The notes below the pieces were generated by a model. It was not told the DNA's origin. It did not search any database and saw nothing but the letters and a program-made list of their open reading frames with translations. From assembly GCA_937869105.1 (NCBI GenBank), contig CALMKZ010000002.1:4499-68498 (forward strand): DNA of 64,000 nucleotides, read 5' to 3'. A program made the translations under genes and the position numbers. Each line of letters starts with the position of its first letter. Positions within the stretch are counted from its first letter, which is position 1. The stretch comes from an uncultured Cytophagales bacterium (GTDB lineage: Bacteria > Bacteroidota > Bacteroidia > Cytophagales > Cyclobacteriaceae). Of the stretch, positions 29,009-36,718 are shown in pieces.

Positions 29009-31354
29009 ATGAAAACTACCCGGCATCTCCTTCCATTCATAATCATCGTTCTAGTTGCTTCTTCGGCGCTGGCGCCTGCTGATTTTCTGCAAGACCTCCA
29101 ACGCAGTTATGAACAATACCGGGTTCGCTATCAACCGGTACGGATCAGCATGGCATTCAACCAACCACTATATGCTCCAGGTGACACCGCCTTTTTTGCC
29201 ATCTGGTATACCCGGGAAGACCTAACCCCCGTCAAAGGCAATCAGTTGATCAACGTTGACCTCATCGCCGGAAACGGCAGTACTGTTCAGCGTGCCCGGT
29301 TTAAAGTGAAAGAGGGTAAAGGCAACAATCAGCTCGCTATCAGCAAGCGACTTCCCCCCGGAGAATACCGACTACTGGCCTATACCGATTGGATGAAGAA
29401 CGCAGGCGATAGCTGGTTTTATCAAAAGAAACTCAGGATAGTAACCAAGAAGAAACTTGCCACATCATTCCCTGAACAGCCCGGCTTCTATCCGGAAGGT
29501 GGGCAGATGGTCGAAGGATATAATAACCGCATTGCACTCGTTGGCCCCCCGGCCGTGGAATATGTAGTCCGTGAGACCAGCGGCGCAGAAGTTGCCCGCG
29601 TCACCACAGACTCCACCGGGTTTGCCATCTTCATGCTCTCAGCAAAATCAGGTCAGTCCTATTCGGCGGAAGCCGGAGGAAAAACCTTTGCGCTGCCGGC
29701 AAACACTAATACAGGAGTTGGCGTTCGGCTGGAAGTCACCAGCCAATGTGATCTTGTACTAACAATCCCGCGGGAATCCAGTCTGAGCAAGAAAGACCTC
29801 TTTGCCGTTGTTCTTAACCGCGGTGCGATGGTCGTGCGACAGCGGATCAAAGGCAATGATGAAGAAACCCGGCTCAATGTGCCCTATCCAAATCGCGGCG
29901 AATCATTCCATCAACTTTTTGTGTTCACAGCTGATGGTCAGGTAGTGGCGGAGCGGGTATTCATTCCCAATCCGGTCAGCACGCTGCAGGTAAAATTGCA
30001 GGTGCCTGCTGAAGTGAAACAACGCGACAAGATTTCCAGCAGTTGGGAATTGGTGGATGCATCGGGTAATCCGGTAGAAGCCACGGCGTCCGTGACCGTG
30101 GTCAACGACGGGCTGTTCCCCGGCAGTTCATTGCTGCGCAACCTTACCTGGACAGATCTTCCTGCTTTGTCTGAACGCGCAGAGCGATTTGGTACCGCCG
30201 TGGAATCCAATGTGAATGACTTTCTCATTACCCAAAAATGGCAACGCATCAATTGGGAGAATGTACTGAAAGAAAAATCACCTGCTGGCAATTATGCTTT
30301 CCAAAGTGAAGCCAAACTCAAAGGCATGGTCATTTCTCCCACCAAAGGAACTCCACCTCCTGACTCGACCGTTATCATCTCCTATCTGCATGGCAACAAC
30401 GTGGGCTTTGAAGCATATACCCGGAACGGACAATTTGAAGTGCCATTTGTGTTTGACTTTTGGGGCGATGACAAGGTGTTCTGTACCCTGCAAAGTCGTG
30501 GCCGCAATGTAGACCGCAGCTATAACATCACCATTCCCAAAGATACCATCTCCATTACGGCCCGTTGGGAGACAACCGAGTTGAATAAGCCATCGGTATA
30601 TGGTGATTATGCCCTGAGCAAAGAGCTCGTAACCAAGTCATACGCCTTCTTCGGAACGAATCAACAACAGGTGTCTCTTCGCGACAAGAGCCCCAACGCA
30701 CCGATTGAAGAAGAATTCAATGGCGCTGATCAATCGGTGAATGTCGCCGACTACGTTGTGTTTCCTAAAATGGAAGATCTGCTCCGCGAGATTGTTCCCT
30801 TTGCCGGCTACCGGAAGCGCGGTACGGAAGAGTCCGTACGCATATCTTATCGCTGGGAAGGACAAACCCGTACCTACAGAGACGATCCGCTCTATGTTAT
30901 CGATGGGATCCTCACCAAAAACACCACCTACTTCTGTGCACTGAAGCCCGAGGACATCGTCACCATCAAGGTGATCAATAACCCGAATAAACTTGCCCAG
31001 TTAAGTCGGTTGGGAGAAAACGGTGTGATCTTCGTAGAGACACGCAAACGCGACCGGACCAGCCGCGAATTGGAGCCAACCTTGTTTCCCGTGATTGGCT
31101 TGAGCAAGCAAGCCCTGCCATTTGTTGTGCAGTACAATGAGAACAGCCTGGGTCGCCGGCTCCCGGACCTCCGATCCACCCTGTTGTGGAATCCGATGGA
31201 GCGCAATGACATTAACGGCCGGGCGTCCGATGTATTTTTTGCATCGGATGATGTGGGCACGGTACGGGTACTCGTGCGGGGTATCACAACCGATGGCCGC
31301 CCCTTCTACACCGAGGCAACTGTGAAAGTCGCATTTAACGCTTCGCCCAAATAA
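29009..31354 (+). CDS. Secreted hypothetical protein with a C-terminal plug-like segment
   Basis: 781 aa with a signal peptide. The segment PLYVIDGILT...IVTIKVINNP...GENGVIFVETRK resembles a TonB-plug-like fold. The N-terminal part is possibly MG2-like. Confidence 0.4.
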   Translation: MKTTRHLLPFIIIVLVASSALAPADFLQDLQRSYEQYRVRYQPVRISMAFNQPLYAPGDTAFFAIWYTREDLTPVKGNQLINVDLIAGNGSTVQRARFKVKEGKGNNQLAISKRLPPGEYRLLAYTDWMKNAGDSWFYQKKLRIVTKKKLATSFPEQPGFYPEGGQMVEGYNNRIALVGPPAVEYVVRETSGAEVARVTTDSTGFAIFMLSAKSGQSYSAEAGGKTFALPANTNTGVGVRLEVTSQCDLVLTIPRESSLSKKDLFAVVLNRGAMVVRQRIKGNDEETRLNVPYPNRGESFHQLFVFTADGQVVAERVFIPNPVSTLQVKLQVPAEVKQRDKISSSWELVDASGNPVEATASVTVVNDGLFPGSSLLRNLTWTDLPALSERAERFGTAVESNVNDFLITQKWQRINWENVLKEKSPAGNYAFQSEAKLKGMVISPTKGTPPPDSTVIISYLHGNNVGFEAYTRNGQFEVPFVFDFWGDDKVFCTLQSRGRNVDRSYNITIPKDTISITARWETTELNKPSVYGDYALSKELVTKSYAFFGTNQQQVSLRDKSPNAPIEEEFNGADQSVNVADYVVFPKMEDLLREIVPFAGYRKRGTEESVRISYRWEGQTRTYRDDPLYVIDGILTKNTTYFCALKPEDIVTIKVINNPNKLAQLSRLGENGVIFVETRKRDRTSRELEPTLFPVIGLSKQALPFVVQYNENSLGRRLPDLRSTLLWNPMERNDINGRASDVFFASDDVGTVRVLVRGITTDGRPFYTEATVKVAFNASPK

Positions 31355-31463
31355 CGACCGGGTTTTTTGGCCCTGGCGTTTTGTGAAACATTCAAACTTT
31401 AGGCATATTTGCAGCCCTCTTGGGAAAAAGCCAAACGTGGCCTCCTGAACGGGAAATGCACAA

Positions 31464-31545
31464 GCCAAAGTGGCGGAACTGGTAGACGCGCACGACTCAA
31501 AATCGTGTATCTTCGGATGTGCGGGTTCGATTCCCGCCTTTGGTA
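31464..31545 (+). tRNA. tRNA-Leu (anticodon CAA), type II with long variable arm
   Basis: I folded the cloverleaf by hand. The acceptor is gccaaag/ctttggt (G1-U72). The anticodon stem is cacga/tcgtg with loop ctCAAaa. The variable arm is atc-ttcg-gat and the T arm is gcggg-ttcgatt-cccgc. No CCA is encoded. Confidence 0.9.
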
Positions 31546-31578
31546 CTAAATCCTATTTCTTACTTCATCTCAGGCCTT

Positions 31579-32046
31579 ATGAAAATCGCCAAGCATAGCG
31601 TTGCAGCCATTCATTATACCCTCACCGACAATACCGGAAAAGTATTGGACAGCAGTGCGGGTCGTGATCCCTTGTATTACCTCCATGGCGAGGGAAACCT
31701 GATTCCCGGTATGGAAGAGGGATTGGAAGGACAGGAAATTGGCAAGAAACTAAAGCTTAAAATCAGCCCTGAAAAAGGATACGGTGTGCGCGATGAAAAA
31801 CTCATACAGAAGCTGCCCCGTACAGCTTTTGGTGGAGAGCGCGTTGAAAAAGGAATGCAATTTCAGGCCAATAATGGCATGGTCGTTACCGTGACTGAGG
31901 TATCCCTTGATCAGGTCACCGTTGACGCTAACCACGCTTTGGCTGGTGTTGAACTTAATTTCGACGTGGAAGTGATGGAAGTGCGTGCTGCAACCTCTGA
32001 TGAAATCGCACACGGCCACGTTCACGGCCCAGGTGGTCACCACTAA
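31579..32046 (+). CDS. slyD: FKBP-type peptidyl-prolyl isomerase, SlyD-like
   Basis: Starts MKIAKHSVAAIHYTLTDNTGKVLDSS... and has an IF-insert region and a His-rich tail (HGHVHGPGGHH). The start is set at the ATG at 31579 because the longer ORF overlaps the tRNA. Confidence 0.8.
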   Translation: MKIAKHSVAAIHYTLTDNTGKVLDSSAGRDPLYYLHGEGNLIPGMEEGLEGQEIGKKLKLKISPEKGYGVRDEKLIQKLPRTAFGGERVEKGMQFQANNGMVVTVTEVSLDQVTVDANHALAGVELNFDVEVMEVRAATSDEIAHGHVHGPGGHH

Positions 32047-32098
32047 TACCGTTCAGATAAAGAATTGTCCCTTCAACGAAGGGAGTCATCATACCTGA

Positions 32099-32131
32099 CA
32101 ACTCCATGTTCAGCCCCTGAGCATGGAGTTG
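32099..32131 (+). terminator. Candidate hairpin downstream of slyD
   Basis: A 10-bp stem (caactccatg/catggagttg) with a 13-nt loop. There is no immediate T-run, so the call is weak. Confidence 0.3.
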
Positions 32132-32213
32132 CCGTTTCCGGCATTTCCTGTTTTTAACTTTATGAATATTGGCTACTTTGCCCATATCATCAATTGATTT
32201 CCCCAACATGCTT

Positions 32214-35200
32214 ATGAAAAAATCCATCACCCTGATCCTGGGTTTAGTCGTTGTCCTTTGCGGACAACTGCGAGCACAGGAGACCTTCCCACGCAATGAC
32301 GTGAAAGACAGTCGGGCAGAGGCCTGGGCGTTTACCAACGCTACTATCGTCGCGGACCCGCAGACCACACTCACTAACGCCACCCTACTGATCAAGGGCG
32401 GTAAGATTGAAGGCGTGGGTAGCGGACTGGCCGTGCCGGCAGGTTATACCACCATCGACCTCAAAGGAAAGTACATCTACCCTTCCATGATCGATGCCTA
32501 TACCAACTACGGTATTCCTGAACTGGAGCGTGGCCGAGGTGGCAATGCCTTTGGTGGTGTTGAACAAATTGAACCCCGAAACAAAGGTGCGTACAATGCC
32601 AATCAGGCGATTCGCTCCTTCTACCATGCTGCTGATGAATTTACCATCAACGCCAAAGTGGCTGATGAGTGGCGCAAAGCCGGCTTCGGATCTGTACTCA
32701 CTTTCAAACCAGATGGTTTCGCCCGCGGGACATCTGCTTTCGTCACATTGGGTGAAGTCAATGAAAATACATCCCTATTGAAGGGACGTACGGCTGCCCA
32801 TTATTCATTTAACCGGGGAACTTCCACCCAGAACTATCCGCGTTCCATGATGGGTTATGTGGCACTGTTGCGTCAGACCTACATGGATGCCGATTGGTTC
32901 GGAAGTCAAAACCCGCGCCCCTTCGCAGATCAAGCCCTCGAAGCATGGATTCAAAACCAGAAACTTCCACAGATCTTTGAAGGCACCAACTGGGGCGATG
33001 TGCTTCGCGCTGATAAATTAGGCGATGAATTTGGCGTACAATATATCATCAAAGGAGGCGGCGATGAGTACAAACGCATCGAAGAAATCAAAGGCACAAA
33101 AGCAACGCTGATCATCCCCGTAAGTTATCCTGACGCTAATGACGTGGACGATCCATTCGACGCTGTACGCGTCTCCCTCGCTGACATGAAGCATTGGGAA
33201 CTGGCACCCACCAACCTGGCCACCCTGGAGAAAAACGGCGTGAACTTCGTGATCACCTCCAACGGCCTGAAAAAAGTAAGCGACTTCCTGCCCAACATCC
33301 GAAAGGCCATTGAAAATGGACTTAGCGAGACCGCGGCCTTGAAAGCAGTGACTACGGGACCTGCCACGCTGCTGAATGTAGCCGACAAAGTAGGATCCCT
33401 GAAGAAGGGTATGCTGGCAAACTTTATCATTGCCTCAGGCAAACTGTTCGATGAAAAGACGACCATTTATCAAAACTGGGTTCAGGGTCAGAATTTTTCC
33501 ATCAAAGCACTGGATATCAAAGATGCTAATGGCAAGTACAGCCTTTCGGTGAAGGGACAATCTTACAACCTGGAGATTTCAGGTGAAGCAGGTGCACCCA
33601 AAGCAAAAATCAAGGTGAACGACACCACGTCCATTGACGTCAACCTGACGCTGAGCAATGACCTGGTAAGTATGAATTTCAAACCCGAAAAGAAAAACCC
33701 GGGTAGTGTACGGTTGTCCGGATGGACCGGTGACACCTGGAAAGGCAAAGGACAACTTACCGACGGCAGTTGGGTAGATTGGTCTGCAACCCGTACAGGC
33801 AATCTCGATGAGAAGCCTGCTGGCGGCAACAAAGGCGGAGCTCCTGCTGACGGCGCCAAGAAAGAAGAACTGGGCAAGGTATACTTCCCCTTCATTGCAC
33901 ATGGCGCTCCAACTTTGCCTGCACAGGAGACCTTGTTGATCAAAAACGCTACGGTATGGACAGGAGAAGCAGAAGGCATCCTCATCAACACCGACGTGTT
34001 GCTGAAAGATGGGAAAATCGCCCGCATCGGCAAGAACTTATCTGAACCTGGTGCCAAGGTTATTGATGGCACCGGCAAGCACCTGACTTCCGGAATTATC
34101 GATGAGCACTCACACATTGGCGGTGGCGGCAATGACGTGGCTACCAACTCCGGTATGGTGCGCATAGGCGACGTACTGAACTCAGAAGACATCAATATCT
34201 ATCATGCACTCGCAGGTGGTGTAGTCGCTGTTCAGGTGTTGCACGGATCCGCCAACCCGATCGGCGGACAATCTGCCCTGATCAAATTGCGCTGGGGCGA
34301 ATCACCCGAGAACCTGAAGATTCAGGGGGCAGATCCCTTCATCAAGTTTGCATTGGGTGAAAACGTGAAGCGCACATCGAACCCGGCATCCATTCGCTTT
34401 CCACAAACCCGCATGGGTGTGGAGCAGGTGTATGTAGATGCATTTAACGAAGCCCTCGAGTACCAAAAGGCCTGGAATGCATACAATGCGCTTGCCCCCA
34501 AAGATAAAGCTACTGCGCTCAAGCCGCGCCGCGATCTCGCCAACGAGACGATGCTGGAGATTATCAACAAGAAGCGTTTCATCACGTGCCACTCTTATGT
34601 GCAGTCTGAAATCAACATGATGATGAAAGTGGCTGAGCAATTCAATTTCCGGATCAATACATTTACACACATCCTGGAAGGTTATAAAGTTGCCGATAAG
34701 ATGAAGGCCCACGGTGTTGGCGCCTCTACGTTCTCTGACTGGTGGAACTACAAGTGGGAAGTGCGATATGCCATCCCATACAATGCCGCCATCATGCAGC
34801 GGGAAGGTGTGCTCACTGCCATCAACTCGGATGACGCCAATATGGGCCGTCGTTTGAACCAGGAAGCAGCCAAGACCATCAAATATGGCAACATGACTGA
34901 AGAAGATGCCTGGAAGATGGTGACGCTCAATCCGGCCAAGATGCTCCACCTCGACAACTCGATGGGGTCCATCAAGGTTGGCAAGTCAGCAGACGTGGTG
35001 CTGTGGACCTCACACCCCCTGTCAACCTTTGCGCGCGCTGAGAAGACCATCATCGATGGCAAAGTGTATTTTGATATGGATCAGGACAAGGCACGCAATA
35101 AAGAGATCGAACTTGAGCGCGCACGTCTGATTCAGAAAATGAAAAACGCCAAGAAGGGCGGTGCACCGGTTACCCGCGGCGGTTCGCGCATGCAGGCTGA

Positions 35201-35246
35201 GTACCATTGCGAAGATGAGTACGAAGAAACCAGTGAGCAGAAATAA
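32214..35246 (+). CDS. Large amidohydrolase family protein, secreted
   Basis: About 1010 aa with a signal peptide (MKKSITLILGLVVVLCGQLRAQ). It has metal-binding SGIIDEHSHIGGGG and a repeated amidohydrolase-like architecture. The start could be 32208 or 32214. Confidence 0.75.
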   Translation: MKKSITLILGLVVVLCGQLRAQETFPRNDVKDSRAEAWAFTNATIVADPQTTLTNATLLIKGGKIEGVGSGLAVPAGYTTIDLKGKYIYPSMIDAYTNYGIPELERGRGGNAFGGVEQIEPRNKGAYNANQAIRSFYHAADEFTINAKVADEWRKAGFGSVLTFKPDGFARGTSAFVTLGEVNENTSLLKGRTAAHYSFNRGTSTQNYPRSMMGYVALLRQTYMDADWFGSQNPRPFADQALEAWIQNQKLPQIFEGTNWGDVLRADKLGDEFGVQYIIKGGGDEYKRIEEIKGTKATLIIPVSYPDANDVDDPFDAVRVSLADMKHWELAPTNLATLEKNGVNFVITSNGLKKVSDFLPNIRKAIENGLSETAALKAVTTGPATLLNVADKVGSLKKGMLANFIIASGKLFDEKTTIYQNWVQGQNFSIKALDIKDANGKYSLSVKGQSYNLEISGEAGAPKAKIKVNDTTSIDVNLTLSNDLVSMNFKPEKKNPGSVRLSGWTGDTWKGKGQLTDGSWVDWSATRTGNLDEKPAGGNKGGAPADGAKKEELGKVYFPFIAHGAPTLPAQETLLIKNATVWTGEAEGILINTDVLLKDGKIARIGKNLSEPGAKVIDGTGKHLTSGIIDEHSHIGGGGNDVATNSGMVRIGDVLNSEDINIYHALAGGVVAVQVLHGSANPIGGQSALIKLRWGESPENLKIQGADPFIKFALGENVKRTSNPASIRFPQTRMGVEQVYVDAFNEALEYQKAWNAYNALAPKDKATALKPRRDLANETMLEIINKKRFITCHSYVQSEINMMMKVAEQFNFRINTFTHILEGYKVADKMKAHGVGASTFSDWWNYKWEVRYAIPYNAAIMQREGVLTAINSDDANMGRRLNQEAAKTIKYGNMTEEDAWKMVTLNPAKMLHLDNSMGSIKVGKSADVVLWTSHPLSTFARAEKTIIDGKVYFDMDQDKARNKEIELERARLIQKMKNAKKGGAPVTRGGSRMQAEYHCEDEYEETSEQK

Positions 35247-35270
35247 TCAACGATCCAAAATCGCAAAGAC

Positions 35271-36572
35271 ATGAAAAAGATATTCCTCTCCACACTCCTC
35301 CTGTTCGCCGTGTCGACCGGGATGATGGCCCAACAACCCGTACCGGCACCGGAGCAGACTAAAAAGATCGCCCTTACCGGCGGCATCGCTCACCTTGGCA
35401 ATGGTCAGGTGATACAGAATTCCGTGATCGCCTTTGACAAGGGTAAACTCGTTATCGTTACAGACGCATCCACCCGCCCCGACCTGACAGGCTATGACGA
35501 AGTAAAAATTACCGGGAAACATGTTTACCCTGGATTCATCCTGCCCAACTCACAGGTGGGTTTGATGGAAATCAGCTCCATCCGCGCCATGAGTGACAAC
35601 CAGGAGCACGGTGACATCAATCCCAACGTGCGCGCCTTGCCGGGATACAATACCGACACAGAGTTCCAGGCTACATTTCGTTTCAATGGCGTCCTGTTGG
35701 CAGAAGCTACCCCGACGGGTGGAATCATTTCAGGAACATCCTCGGTGATGGAAATGGAAGGCTGGAACTGGGAAGACGCCGCACACAGCGTCGACATTGC
35801 CGTGCACATGAACTGGCCTCCCCGGATGAAACGAGAGTTTGATTTCGCTACTTTCTCTTTCTCAGAGAATCCGAATAAGGATTATGATAAAACCGTTCAA
35901 CAGCTGGATGAATTCTTCGCTGCGTCAAAGGCTTATGCCAATCAGTCATCAAAAGCCAAAAACCTCAAGTTAGAGGCGATGCAGGGATTGTTCAGTGGCA
36001 AGAAAACCCTGATGCTGCATGCCGATAATGCCAAGGAAATCGTTGAAGGTGTTCGCTTTGCACAGCGTCAGGGCGTGCCCCGCATTACGGTGGTAACCAC
36101 CACGGGCGCCTACCTGGCAGCGGAGTTCCTGAAAGACAATAAGATCCCGGTGATTCTCACTGCCGTACACGACTTACCCGAGCGCCCGGATGATGATGTT
36201 GACATGCCGTACAAGCAACCTTTTCTGCTCACGCAAGCAGGCGTCAACATATCGTTGTCACATGAAGGCATGCTGGGTGGGGCGCGCAACCTGCCCTTTT
36301 ACGCCGGCACCGCTGTTGCCTATGGCATGAAGCCCGAAGAAGCTATTCAGGCCATTACCCTGAATCCCGCCAAGGCCCTGGGCATTGAAGGTCGTGTGGG
36401 TTCATTGGAAGTAGGTAAAGACGCATCGCTCTTCGTGAGCGACGGCGACATCCTGGAGATTCGGGTCAGCAAAGTTTCCGTTGCTTTTATCCGCGGCAAA
36501 CTGGTCACCCTGCCCAACAAGCAGGAAGAACTTTACGAACGCTTCTCCAGAAAATATGGTCATATCAAATAA
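35271..36572 (+). CDS. Amidohydrolase family protein, secreted
   Basis: 433 aa with a signal peptide. It pairs with the preceding amidohydrolase, as is commonly seen. Confidence 0.7.
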   Translation: MKKIFLSTLLLFAVSTGMMAQQPVPAPEQTKKIALTGGIAHLGNGQVIQNSVIAFDKGKLVIVTDASTRPDLTGYDEVKITGKHVYPGFILPNSQVGLMEISSIRAMSDNQEHGDINPNVRALPGYNTDTEFQATFRFNGVLLAEATPTGGIISGTSSVMEMEGWNWEDAAHSVDIAVHMNWPPRMKREFDFATFSFSENPNKDYDKTVQQLDEFFAASKAYANQSSKAKNLKLEAMQGLFSGKKTLMLHADNAKEIVEGVRFAQRQGVPRITVVTTTGAYLAAEFLKDNKIPVILTAVHDLPERPDDDVDMPYKQPFLLTQAGVNISLSHEGMLGGARNLPFYAGTAVAYGMKPEEAIQAITLNPAKALGIEGRVGSLEVGKDASLFVSDGDILEIRVSKVSVAFIRGKLVTLPNKQEELYERFSRKYGHIK

Positions 36573-36599
36573 TCTGGTTAATTAATCAACCTATAAAAG

Positions 36600-36623
36600 A
36601 CCCGGCGATGAGCCGGGTTTTTT
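36600..36623 (+). terminator. Rho-independent terminator
   Basis: Stem acccggc, loop gatga, stem gccgggt, followed by tttttt. Confidence 0.8.
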
Positions 36624-36685
36624 GTTGTCTCATTAGACAGTGCTGAATCAACCCATTTGGGGCATCCCATTATCAGGATAAATCT

Positions 36686-36693
36686 TATCTTTG
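36686..36693 (+). promoter_or_regulatory. Candidate Bacteroidetes -7 promoter element (TAnnTTTG)
   Basis: tatctttg lies 26 nt upstream of the ATG at 36719. The possible upstream TTTG at 36656 is spaced a little too far. Confidence 0.25.
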
Positions 36694-36718
36694 GTAATAC
36701 CCCTACCCTGACCTGTCC

